From a virus (taxonomy: Duplodnaviria > Caudoviricetes): a DNA stretch of 64,000 nucleotides. The position numbers and the translations under genes were made by a program. Shown piece by piece: positions 44,182 to 52,769 of the stretch; positions within the stretch are counted from its first letter, which is position 1; the number at the start of each line of letters is the position of its first letter. The notes under the pieces are model-generated. The model saw nothing but the letters and a program-made list of their open reading frames with translations, made no database searches and was not told where the DNA came from. The stretch covers positions 12,649 to 76,648 of IMG/VR virus record IMGVR_UViG_3300047160_003616; one strand, given 5' to 3'.

Positions 44182-44780
44182 CCGTGGTGTCTCTAGCTGC
44201 TGATTCTTTTCTTACCACGGGGTACCGACAGATCCTGAGAGTGGTCTGGGGGCCTCTTCCGGCGGGGGAGGGAAGGGAGCAGAACTGTCCCTGTAAAGGA
44301 GGGACAGCTGCTGCGACTTCCGTTTGGGGTATGGGACCTACACGGGGGACCAGACCGGCCCAGGATCAATTCTGGCGGTATCTGTCAACGAGGTTTGGCT
44401 ACCTCATCCCCACTTGACTGCTTGTAGGCGGTCACAGCCTGTCGGGCTACGGGTATTACTCGCTTGCCCCAGGACCGGGAGAGCCATGAAGGACTCCATC
44501 AGATCTTCTGTTGCACGCCCGGGTCTGCCTTGATCGTGCTGTCTGATGGAACGGGAAGAAGGTCGTCCCTCTAACGGACTACGCCATCTGCTTGTGGGGC
44601 AGAGACCCATTGTTTTAAGATGCGGGTAGACATCTTGCCAGAGATGCTGCTTTGAGATTCCCCCGGTTCTGATCCGCCGGGGGTTTCTGTTTGTAGGAGG
44701 AACGGTAATCCTCCGAATCACACTGGTGCAACCAGCAATTCGTCAACGCTAGATGTGGGGCCCCCGGAGGGGGCCCACCC
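44182..44780. ncRNA. Candidate structured non-coding region of about 600 nt
   Basis: No credible CDS; several nested helices and a possible pseudoknot. Confidence 0.4.
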
Positions 44781-45362
44781 CTAGATCTTGTTTCTCCCTT
44801 CGATGTGATGGCGCAGCTGCTCGGCCTGCATACGCTGAGCACGCTCCCACGGGTCCTCCGGGGGAGGCATTCGCTCCTCCGCGGAGACCACCCGTAGCTG
44901 CGGCTTGTCGTGGCCCATCACCATGACGTAGGTGGTGTCGGGCCGGAACAACAGGTTGCCCCGCAAGTACCCGGCACCGGCCTCGGCGGACTCGATTCCA
45001 TGCCGGATCAAGTAGGCGTGGGTGAGATGGCGGGTCCTGGTCGGGTGGGTCTGCTCATGGGCGGGCAGCTCGATCCAGATCACCTCGTGATCCCGATGGG
45101 CCTCATCGCAGCGCCGCCGCACTGAGTCGGGCACCTTCTGAGCAAGGAATGAACTTCCTCTGCGGCCCACGTCCTGCCACTCACGGGCGGTCATCCAGAT
45201 GATGGGGCCACGGTCGCGCTCCCTGCGCTCCCAGACCACCCGCAAGGCGGCCCGAATGGCACGTGCCTCCTCCGCGGCGGCTCGGGCCCCGTCTTCCTCG
45301 GAGGCCGATCCCTCCCCGTGGGTGTGCGAGCGGATGAAGTCGTCGTCAGGCGGCTGAGTCAT
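44781..45362 (-). CDS. Hypothetical protein
   Basis: 193 aa; ATGA overlap. Confidence 0.65.
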   Translation of the reverse strand: MTQPPDDDFIRSHTHGEGSASEEDGARAAAEEARAIRAALRVVWERRERDRGPIIWMTAREWQDVGRRGSSFLAQKVPDSVRRRCDEAHRDHEVIWIELPAHEQTHPTRTRHLTHAYLIRHGIESAEAGAGYLRGNLLFRPDTTYVMVMGHDKPQLRVVSAEERMPPPEDPWERAQRMQAEQLRHHIEGRNKI

Positions 45363-47212
45363 AGCAATCGGTTTCCGAAAATCAACCAGGGAATGTTGTC
45401 CTGCTCAGACCGTAGCGCCCGCTCCCGACGATCCCCGTAGCTCAGCAGCTCCTCGGTGCCCTGAGTGACAGCGGAGATCACCCGGCGGTCCTGCTGGATA
45501 TTCCAGACGCGCTCCTCCACCGAGTCTTCTGTCACAAATACATAGTTTGTCAAACCATCCAGATGGCTGTCGGCCCGGTCGATCCGGGAGGCCCGTTGCA
45601 TGGCGTCATCGAAGGAATATGGCGGCTCATACTGTACGACGTAGCGGGCGCACTGCAGGTTGAGCCCATGGCTCCCGGCATCGGAGGTCAGGAAACAGGT
45701 CACGTCCGGGTCGGTCATGAACCGCTCCTTGGCGGCCTGGCTGTCCCTATCGGACTGACCCACGCCATAGTGCACCACGTGTGGCACCTCGATGTGCGGG
45801 GCGATCAGATGCAGGGTCAGGTTGGTCCACTTGGTGAAGACGGCCACCTTGTCGCCGGATTCCCGGATGGATTCCAGCATCTCGTTGAGCTTGGTCAGCT
45901 TGGTCGAGGAGGCGTCGGCGATCAGATGCCCATAGTCGGCCAACAGTTCCTGGCCCACCTCGTGCTCGGTGTGGCGCAGCGCCTCGGGGGTGTTGCACAG
46001 GTAGCGCAGTAGGGCGTAATAGGGCCCCAGGTTCACGCTGCGGCCCCGATTGTCGCACCAGAGGTTCCAGGCCTTGTCGATGATGATGTCGGCCAGCTCG
46101 GCCTCCTCATCGGACGGCTGCACCGGCTCCTTGAGGGTCGCCATGCCGCGGAAGAACTCGCGCACCCCGGGATCGGTTTTGCGCACCGCCTGGGTGTAGC
46201 CCTCCACCCGGTGGCGGATCTCGGTCAGGGCGGGCAGGTCCCACTCGATGACGGTGAGCGGAAAGGACCGATGGTTTTTGGTCTCGATGTCCAGCGTCTT
46301 GACCTCCGCCGCGTAGCGGCGGAGAAACTCTCGGGTGGTGTCCAGCGGGTTGGGCCCGCCCGCCAGGCTGAACACGTCCTTGAAGCGCAATGGGTTACCA
46401 TTGACCACCGACGCGCTCATCGGCCAGACGATGGGCCGACAGATCTTGGTGAGGCGCTCAAAGGCCCGCCGCGCCTTGTTGGGCAGACTGTTGTTGATGC
46501 CGCTGCACACGATGCGGTGACACTCGTCAAAGACGAACAGCACCCGCAGCCCGTGACAGAGCAGTTCCAGCTCGGCGTAGTCCACCCAGAGCTTCTCGTA
46601 GTTGCAGATGTAGGCCTGGTGCTCGGCCGCATAGCCCTTGCGCCGTTTGGCCTTGGTGCCGTCGTTGATTATTGCGTCCAGCTTGGCGTCGTCGGCGAAG
46701 AACCGGCACAGGTCAATCTTGGACTTGGAGACCGTGCAGGCGATCACCAGGTCGATGCGGTCTTGTTCAAACAGATGGGCCGCTCCCGCGGCCGAGCAGA
46801 AACTCTTGCCTGATCCTGTCGCCCAATTGAAAAAGAAATACTCAGATTCCAGGGCACGATTGAGTGCGAATTGTTGGAACCGATGTAGGTCATATCCCTC
46901 GACTTTTAAAGGCAACTGCCAGCGCATCATATTAACGAGAATTTCTTCACAGGATGGACCAAAGACTGGCTCATAACCGTCTTTACATAATTGATCAATG
47001 AAAGAGGGTAAATTGAATAATTCCATCAGCACCAGGTGATGCGAGATCCACTGATGGTAGTGGTTGAAAAAGTCCTGGCGATCCTGCGGCTGGAACAGCA
47101 AAGTGCCAGGGTAGTCGGGACTCTCTTCTACAACAATAAGTTTGTCGAGGTCGATCTCGCCACGTTCTACCTGGCCCACCAATGAGGTGAGGTCATCAGT
47201 GATTGCGTACAT
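45359..47212 (-). CDS. SNF2-like superfamily 2 helicase
   Basis: ATGSGKS, FDECH, SAS..NG, GSHGLNLQ, QRASRIDR. Confidence 0.9.
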   Translation of the reverse strand: MYAITDDLTSLVGQVERGEIDLDKLIVVEESPDYPGTLLFQPQDRQDFFNHYHQWISHHLVLMELFNLPSFIDQLCKDGYEPVFGPSCEEILVNMMRWQLPLKVEGYDLHRFQQFALNRALESEYFFFNWATGSGKSFCSAAGAAHLFEQDRIDLVIACTVSKSKIDLCRFFADDAKLDAIINDGTKAKRRKGYAAEHQAYICNYEKLWVDYAELELLCHGLRVLFVFDECHRIVCSGINNSLPNKARRAFERLTKICRPIVWPMSASVVNGNPLRFKDVFSLAGGPNPLDTTREFLRRYAAEVKTLDIETKNHRSFPLTVIEWDLPALTEIRHRVEGYTQAVRKTDPGVREFFRGMATLKEPVQPSDEEAELADIIIDKAWNLWCDNRGRSVNLGPYYALLRYLCNTPEALRHTEHEVGQELLADYGHLIADASSTKLTKLNEMLESIRESGDKVAVFTKWTNLTLHLIAPHIEVPHVVHYGVGQSDRDSQAAKERFMTDPDVTCFLTSDAGSHGLNLQCARYVVQYEPPYSFDDAMQRASRIDRADSHLDGLTNYVFVTEDSVEERVWNIQQDRRVISAVTQGTEELLSYGDRRERALRSEQDNIPWLIFGNRLL

Positions 47213-47711
47213 CACACACCCAGTCAATAGGATTCCCGGCTAAGCCACGCCGGAAATTGCAGAGCCAACAGGCGGGGACTAAATTCTCTGGATCATTGTT
47301 AAGTCTATCTCCATCCAGATGGTCGACATGGATGCCGTCGTTTTGTCCTTCGCCCCATGTCAATAGCGTGCCGCATTGCCAGTGACACAGATGTAGCCCC
47401 GTGCCGATCTTGTCGTAGAGCACAGCTCGGTGTTCACCAAGCTGATGATTGTCTTGAGCCAGTGGATGCTCCTGTTGGCCGGTCAGAATGCGATATCCTG
47501 CGCCGTCGATGAAGAACCCAGTGGCCAGTTGGTTGTCCTTGAGTCGCTTACCCCGGCGGACCTGTGACATCTGCTCTAGCACCTCGGGTGATCTAACATA
47601 CCGTCCACTATTCCCCTGTCGATGACCACCGTCCGGGTCGGCCCACTTTGCTCTCAGCGCAGCCGACATTCGGGCCCGGTATTCGGGGGTGCGCTCATAG
47701 CTTCCGGCCAT
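47196..47711 (-). CDS. HNH endonuclease
   Basis: EHRAVLYDKIG, VDHLDGDRLNNDPENLVPACWLCN; paralog of 24664..25332. Confidence 0.85.
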   Translation of the reverse strand: MAGSYERTPEYRARMSAALRAKWADPDGGHRQGNSGRYVRSPEVLEQMSQVRRGKRLKDNQLATGFFIDGAGYRILTGQQEHPLAQDNHQLGEHRAVLYDKIGTGLHLCHWQCGTLLTWGEGQNDGIHVDHLDGDRLNNDPENLVPACWLCNFRRGLAGNPIDWVCDVRNH

Positions 47712-47874
47712 GTGGAAAATACTACAGGGGCCCCCGCAGGGGGCCCAGCGCCGCGCCCCGGTAACGATCCGGGCTGGTTGAGGGTTAGGGCCTCACCTGT
47801 CCCACGACTCGCGGCTGATGGGGGCGGGAGGGTTCGGGCCTCCTGACGGGTACAAGTACCCCGCCCCCGGGTCT

Positions 47875-48240
47875 TTATGCCATGGCGAACTCCTTGAGGG
47901 CCAAGGGATAACCGGCACACATCCGCTTGGCGAACAGGCTGGGTTCTAACGCGATGGCGGTGGCCTGATCGCCGATGTCGGGTTCGATGACCAGATGGTG
48001 CTTGAGACCCAGCGAGAAGGCCAGTGAGTCGAGCACCATCAACGCGGCCTCGTCGGGCACGCCGAGGATCACCACGTTGTTGGAGTCGTGGTGCCAGCGC
48101 TGAATGAGACCGGGGAATTTCAGGGTGAACTCGATACCTGCGTGCAGCGCCTGGGCCATGGCCAGACCTGGAGACAGATCAGCCCGAACAGCCACATATA
48201 GCTTGTCCGGGCCGGGGGTGACGGGATGTTCTACCTACAT
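47875..48240 (-). CDS. Peptidyl-tRNA hydrolase type 2-like protein with in-frame ATG-TAG at the 5' end
   Basis: KLYVAVRADLSPG..AQA.HA, EPDIG...TAIA; the only in-frame ATG upstream (48240) is followed by TAG. Confidence 0.75.
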
Positions 48241-48359
48241 GCGGCTCAGCCTACATTAGAACCGCCCTCGGCGGAATCGAATCACCGAGGGCGGTCTATG
48301 GCGGGATTGGCTATTACCTACGCCCCAACCAGGAGAGCGGCAAATGTCCCTACCGCCTT

Positions 48360-48554
48360 CTAGCTTATCTCGGGGCATTCGCGTTTGTGAACGATGGCGT
48401 CACTCATAGCCACGAACAGCGGTGCGGGGGCCAGCCCACCCTCCCCGCACCGCGGGCAGGTCCAGTAATAGTGCCCGTTGCGGGCCGCGGCGTGCGGCTT
48501 GCCGTCGGCGATCCAGCGGGCGTTGAGCTGCTGTAGGGCCTCGGTCTCGCTCAT
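48360..48554 (-). CDS. Zn-finger protein
   Basis: CPRC...HKREC. Confidence 0.6.
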   Translation of the reverse strand: MSETEALQQLNARWIADGKPHAAARNGHYYWTCPRCGEGGLAPAPLFVAMSDAIVHKRECPEIS

Positions 48555-48862
48555 AGCTTCTTCCCCCGATGCCGCCCGGTGTCGAAGTCCCACAGCTCGA
48601 TCACCACGGCCAGCTTTCGCTCCAAGCTGGTGCGCTCGCCGTCCTTCCACTGGTAGCCCAGCTTGTCGGCCAGCGCGTCCAGCTCGTCGCTGATGATCTC
48701 GCCTATCGACTTGGCCACCAGCAGCCCGGCCAGCTGCTTGACTTCGGTGTCGGAGGGCTTTGGCTCCCCGGTGCCCTCCATGACGGTGATCAGCGCCTTG
48801 ATCACCTTGAGGTGATCCTGGGGGTCCAGCTGTATGCCCTTGGTGATGGGGCCCTCGATCAT
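48551..48862 (-). CDS. Hypothetical protein
   Basis: MIEGPI start, ATGA overlap. Confidence 0.65.
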   Translation of the reverse strand: MIEGPITKGIQLDPQDHLKVIKALITVMEGTGEPKPSDTEVKQLAGLLVAKSIGEIISDELDALADKLGYQWKDGERTSLERKLAVVIELWDFDTGRHRGKKL

Positions 48863-49206
48863 GAGCCGAACTCCTCGTCCACCCGCGGCGCATACCAGGC
48901 CCACTCCCGCTTCCAGGTGGGGCCCTTGGCCTTGAGCATGTCCCTGATGGCGTCGAGGATGTAGAGCTGCTTGCGGGTGCTCGCTCCCTCGGTGCGGATG
49001 GCCACTTCCAGGTCATTCAGCCCCAGCCCCAGCTGGCGCTCGCGTTCCTTCAGCTCGGCGCGCTTGTCCATCACCGCGGCCCCACCCTCGATCTCGACCA
49101 GGGCCTGCACGGCGTGATCACACAGCGCCAGGGCCTGGTCCCGGGTGAGGAACTCGCCCGCCTTGACCTGCTTGCGCAGCAGCAAGACCTTGTCCCGGGT
49201 CATCAT
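48859..49206 (-). CDS. Hypothetical protein
   Basis: MMTRDK start. Confidence 0.65.
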   Translation of the reverse strand: MMTRDKVLLLRKQVKAGEFLTRDQALALCDHAVQALVEIEGGAAVMDKRAELKERERQLGLGLNDLEVAIRTEGASTRKQLYILDAIRDMLKAKGPTWKREWAWYAPRVDEEFGS

Positions 49207-49553
49207 GTGCGCACCACCGAGGCCTGGTTCACCCGCTCGATCAGCCGGATGTAGGCGTTGAGAATATCCATGACCTTGTCGTCCCACTCGTTCTCGTCTA
49301 CGACGCCGCCGACCTCCACGGTCTTGCGCAGCTCCACCAGCTCCTTGATGGAGAAGCCGCCGTCATTGAAGTCGGCCACGTCGGCATCCACCAGCCGGGC
49401 CAGGGATCGCTTCATGGACAGCGCGGCGTCGTGGGAGAGCAGCACCTTGACGGTGTGGATGCCCTCGCTGACCTGCAGCTGTGCCCCCCGGCCCCCGGGG
49501 CCGGGGTTGAGCTGGTAGCCATTGTCGGCACTGATCTCGGTGGTAATTCTCAT
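49203..49553 (-). CDS. Hypothetical protein
   Basis: 116 aa; ATGA overlap. Confidence 0.65.
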   Translation of the reverse strand: MRITTEISADNGYQLNPGPGGRGAQLQVSEGIHTVKVLLSHDAALSMKRSLARLVDADVADFNDGGFSIKELVELRKTVEVGGVVDENEWDDKVMDILNAYIRLIERVNQASVVRT

Positions 49554-50242
49554 GGCGTGTCCTTCCGTAGTGTCTCCACCACGATGTCCAGGTAGTTGGC
49601 GATGCCGTCCAGCTCGATGGCGATCCGGGTTTGTTCCTCCACGATCTGGGCCAGCCAGGCGCTGGTCTTGGCCAAGTCGGGAGACAGCGCGTCCCCCACC
49701 AGCGCCAGCTCCTTCTCGATGTCGCGGACCAGCGCGGCCAGCGCCAGCCGCACACCGCGGTCATTGGCGTGGTAGCGCACCGACTTGTAGACGCGCTCCA
49801 ACCGGTCGGCCACGCCCCCGGAGGGGGCGACCTTGTAGGCCGCTTCCGCCTCGGTGGAGAGCCGGGACTCCTCGGCCTGCGCGGTGACGGCGTCGACAAT
49901 GAACTTGTCGGCCCCCGGACTGTTGCGCACGATGATGCGGGCCCCGGACTTGGCCAGGGTGGCCACATCGGTCTGGTAGTAGCGGGTGCGCACCCCGCCG
50001 TTGTAGTGCACCCGGGCCGAGCCGTCCTTGCCCTCGTCGGGCACCTCGTCCACCGGCACCAGGTAGCACAGCGGCCAGGACTCCTTGCGCGAGCCCACCT
50101 TGGCCACTCGCCATACGGTGTCGGATAAGGCCTCGCCCTCGGGGAAGACGATGATGGAATTGCGACTCGGCCAGCCCTCGCCGCTGTAGCGGTTCTTGGA
50201 GACCGGGATGCTCCGCATCCCAGGCGGCAACGTGATGGTCAT
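49550..50242 (-). CDS. Hypothetical protein
   Basis: 230 aa. Confidence 0.7.
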   Translation of the reverse strand: MTITLPPGMRSIPVSKNRYSGEGWPSRNSIIVFPEGEALSDTVWRVAKVGSRKESWPLCYLVPVDEVPDEGKDGSARVHYNGGVRTRYYQTDVATLAKSGARIIVRNSPGADKFIVDAVTAQAEESRLSTEAEAAYKVAPSGGVADRLERVYKSVRYHANDRGVRLALAALVRDIEKELALVGDALSPDLAKTSAWLAQIVEEQTRIAIELDGIANYLDIVVETLRKDTP

Positions 50243-50472
50243 CGTGACTCCTCTCGGTCCAGCTTGCGGAGAAACCAGTCCCAGCCCTCGTCGCCGTGGG
50301 TGGGCCGGTCACAGCCGTTCCAGATCTCGTGCTCGCGCTCCCACTTGTGGGGCTTCTCAAAGAAGTACAGGGCGTCCTGAATATCATTCAGGTGCCCGGC
50401 GTCGGTCAGAACATGGGCGAACGCCAGCACCTCGGTGCTGTCATTGACCCAGACCCCAAAGGTAGTGCTCAT
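50239..50472 (-). CDS. Hypothetical protein (A..L.DAGHL...QDALYFFEKPHKW)
   Basis: CAACCAGGAGG upstream. Confidence 0.7.
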   Translation of the reverse strand: MSTTFGVWVNDSTEVLAFAHVLTDAGHLNDIQDALYFFEKPHKWEREHEIWNGCDRPTHGDEGWDWFLRKLDREESR

Positions 50473-50501
50473 TCGATTCCTCCTGGTTGTGTGTACAGAC
50501 T

Positions 50502-50527
50502 AACCTATAGCGTTAGTGAAATGTTCC
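50502..50527 (-). promoter_or_regulatory. ECF-type promoter GGAAC-N18-GTT
   Basis: GGAAC 50527-23, GTT 50504-02. Confidence 0.6.
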
Positions 50528-50528
50528 C

Positions 50529-50729
50529 TTAGCCGTCGTCGCCGACATGGGTGCGGGCCGCGGCCTTGGCCGCGGCGATGTTGGGGTATTCGCCCAGGCA
50601 CTCCTGACGTTCCCGCGACCAGTACCACAGCTCCACTCCGCCCTTGGAGAGGTGAAAGATCTGGTAGGAGGCCCCGCTCCCCAGCGGGGCCTCGTCCCGC
50701 TCGTTCCAGACCAGCTCGGGGATGCTCAT
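50529..50729 (-). CDS. Hypothetical protein
   Basis: MSIPEL start, ATGA overlap. Confidence 0.6.
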   Translation of the reverse strand: MSIPELVWNERDEAPLGSGASYQIFHLSKGGVELWYWSRERQECLGEYPNIAAAKAAARTHVGDDG

Positions 50730-50941
50730 TGCGGGCCCCTGTGGTGGCCGTCCAGCTGCGCGGTGAGCCGGTCCAGCTCGTCCTGCAGCTCCTCCCAGGT
50801 CTCGTATTTGACGATCACCGCGGCGGGCTTGCCCGCCTTCTGGATGACCACGATGTCGTCGTCCTCGATGGCCTTGCTCATCATCTCGGTAAGCGCCTTC
50901 TCGGCGAGCTTGTTGGCCTCGTCGGTCAGTCTGTCGGTCAT
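50726..50941 (-). CDS. Phd/YefM-family antitoxin-like protein
   Basis: L..M...A.EDDDIVVIQKAGKPAAVIVKYETWEELQ. Confidence 0.75.
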   Translation of the reverse strand: MTDRLTDEANKLAEKALTEMMSKAIEDDDIVVIQKAGKPAAVIVKYETWEELQDELDRLTAQLDGHHRGPQ

Positions 50942-51609
50942 AGCTTGTTCCCTCGGTGTTGGGTGTCGGTGAACTCGTCCAGCACGATCTCGCCGGGCAG
51001 TGGCGTGGAGCGCCCGTCGCCGACCTTGAGCCCGGCCAAAAAGCCGTCCACCCAGCCCGATGCCATGTTGGCCACCGCGTCGGTCTTATTGGCCGGGGTG
51101 CCCAGGGCACCGATCAGCCGGGCCCCGCGCTGGTTGGCCATGTAGATCACCGAGTCGGCGTCCATCTGGGCCAGGTCGAATACGTCACGGATGGTCTTGC
51201 CCGAGTCGATGTAGCCGTCATTGGACTTCACCGCCTCCGAGAGCGCCCAGAAGTGCGGGTGGTTGGGCCGGTCAGGGAAGTCGGGGTCTACCGGCTTAGG
51301 TTCTAGCTGGGCCAGCTCCTCGGGGCTCATGCGCAAGATCTCGGCCATGTTGGGGTCGTCGTCGTGGCTCTCGGTGTTGTAGGGGATGCCCCGGCGGTGC
51401 AGGAACTCGATGGGGTCCTCGCCCGAGGCCATCAGCTCTCGCGTCATGGCCGCGGCCGGAGAGACCTTGGCCAGCTCATCGTCGGGATCGAACTGCAGGG
51501 TGGCCCCGGGCCCCTGCCCGGGGCCCTCGATCACCCTTTCGACCTTGGCGATGGCCTCGCGGTCCCGCGGGGCACCGAACATCTCGGCAATGCGGTCCTC
51601 GTCGGTCAC
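50938..51609 (-). CDS. Hypothetical protein
   Basis: 223 aa. Confidence 0.7.
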   Translation of the reverse strand: MTDEDRIAEMFGAPRDREAIAKVERVIEGPGQGPGATLQFDPDDELAKVSPAAAMTRELMASGEDPIEFLHRRGIPYNTESHDDDPNMAEILRMSPEELAQLEPKPVDPDFPDRPNHPHFWALSEAVKSNDGYIDSGKTIRDVFDLAQMDADSVIYMANQRGARLIGALGTPANKTDAVANMASGWVDGFLAGLKVGDGRSTPLPGEIVLDEFTDTQHRGNKL

Positions 51610-51851
51610 GACACCTCCTCGGGCATCCAGTTGTTGGCGTAGGCCTTGGCGTCGGCCAGCCGGGTGACGCGAGCCAATTCCTGGTACTCGTCGCCATCAT
51701 GGGCGGCACGACTGACAGCCCAGCCGCTCAGACCGCCTGCCGGGGCCTTTACTCGGGTGATCTTCCACACCTGAGCCGGATAGGTACTGACGTAGGTGGT
51801 CTTCACCGTGTTGAGCTTGCGCCAGGTGATCCATTCCTTGTTGCGGCTCAT
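51606..51851 (-). CDS. Hypothetical protein
   Basis: 81 aa; ATGA overlap. Confidence 0.6.
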   Translation of the reverse strand: MSRNKEWITWRKLNTVKTTYVSTYPAQVWKITRVKAPAGGLSGWAVSRAAHDGDEYQELARVTRLADAKAYANNWMPEEVS

Positions 51852-52138
51852 GACTGAGCCGCCAGGAAAGCCTCACGCTGAGCCTTGCGGTACTCCACCC
51901 AGCGCTTGCTGTCATGGATACTCAGCGTCACCCGTTCGTTGAGGCGATAGGTCGGACGCAGAGTCTTGGGGTAGTGTTCCCCGCCGCCCTGCACGTTGAC
52001 ATCGACCCACACGTAGTTGCCCCTGATCTCGACAGCAGTCACCTGGTAATAGGCCCAGGTGTTGGCGATCACATCGCCGGGCTGCAGAAGTTTGGCAAAG
52101 GTGGTCTGGGGTGGCCTCTTCATCTTGGTAGCTGTCAT
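51848..52138 (-). CDS. SH3-like hypothetical protein
   Basis: AKLLQPGDVI; CAACCAGGAGG upstream. Confidence 0.65.
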   Translation of the reverse strand: MTATKMKRPPQTTFAKLLQPGDVIANTWAYYQVTAVEIRGNYVWVDVNVQGGGEHYPKTLRPTYRLNERVTLSIHDSKRWVEYRKAQREAFLAAQS

Positions 52139-52178
52139 GGTGGTCCTCCTGGTTGGTTCTTGCGAATCTACCACGTAT

Positions 52179-52204
52179 AACAGATACCTAGCGCTATTTA
52201 TTCC
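52179..52204 (-). promoter_or_regulatory. ECF-type promoter GGAAT-N18-GTT
   Basis: GGAAT 52204-00, GTT 52181-79. Confidence 0.6.
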
Positions 52205-52208
52205 CGAG

Positions 52209-52484
52209 TCATTCCCCCAGGTAGCGGACGCGCAAGATGTTGTCCTGGACCGCGGCCTCCCACTTGCCGGTCTTGAACGGGCCCGGGATGTTGTTCTGGT
52301 CGCCACCCTTGTTGATGCCAGTGGCCAGGGCATACAGCGAGGAAGCGTTGGCATACTCGCGGGGCCAGCGGGCCCAGGTGAAGGGCCGCTGGACCAGCTC
52401 GTGAGCGAACTCCTCGTAGATGCTGGCGCGCTTGCTCCGCTTCGGGGCAGGGACAAAGTCTTCGTCCCACTGAATATTAGTCAT
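52209..52484 (-). CDS. Hypothetical protein
   Basis: MTNIQW start 11 nt after a promoter -10. Confidence 0.65.
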   Translation of the reverse strand: MTNIQWDEDFVPAPKRSKRASIYEEFAHELVQRPFTWARWPREYANASSLYALATGINKGGDQNNIPGPFKTGKWEAAVQDNILRVRYLGE

Positions 52485-52494
52485 GCCACACTCT

Positions 52495-52520
52495 AACACT
52501 AAGTAGACGCTAAGTATTCC
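52495..52520 (-). promoter_or_regulatory. ECF-type promoter GGAAT-N18-GTT
   Basis: GGAAT 52520-16, GTT 52497-95. Confidence 0.6.
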
Positions 52521-52716
52521 ACTGAAGGAAGGTGGGGTGCGCAGCTGTGACTCGCCCGTATGACTGGGGTCTAGATCACGCTTTGGCGGGATGAAGTATC
52601 ACTAAGACCCGATTTGACGCACCATCACCTTCCGCTCAAAGGAGAGGGCTGCGGGTCGGACAGGAACTCTCACGAGATTGAGAGGTGTCCCGCAGCCCCT
52701 CCGGTCCAGGGAGGGT

Positions 52717-52751
52717 GGAGGACTGCGGAGGAAGAGACTCCGCAGTCCTCC
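52717..52751 (-). terminator. 14-bp perfect hairpin downstream of Ro60
   Basis: GGAGGACTGCGGAG-7 nt-CTCCGCAGTCCTCC; no U-tract. Confidence 0.6.
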
Positions 52752-52769
52752 TGTCCCCTCGGGTGGGGC

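Noticed and set aside
44182-44780. Group I intron, tmRNA or RNase P RNA
   Set aside because: A TAGTCC-like S element has no matching R element; no tRNA-like ends or RNase P signature found
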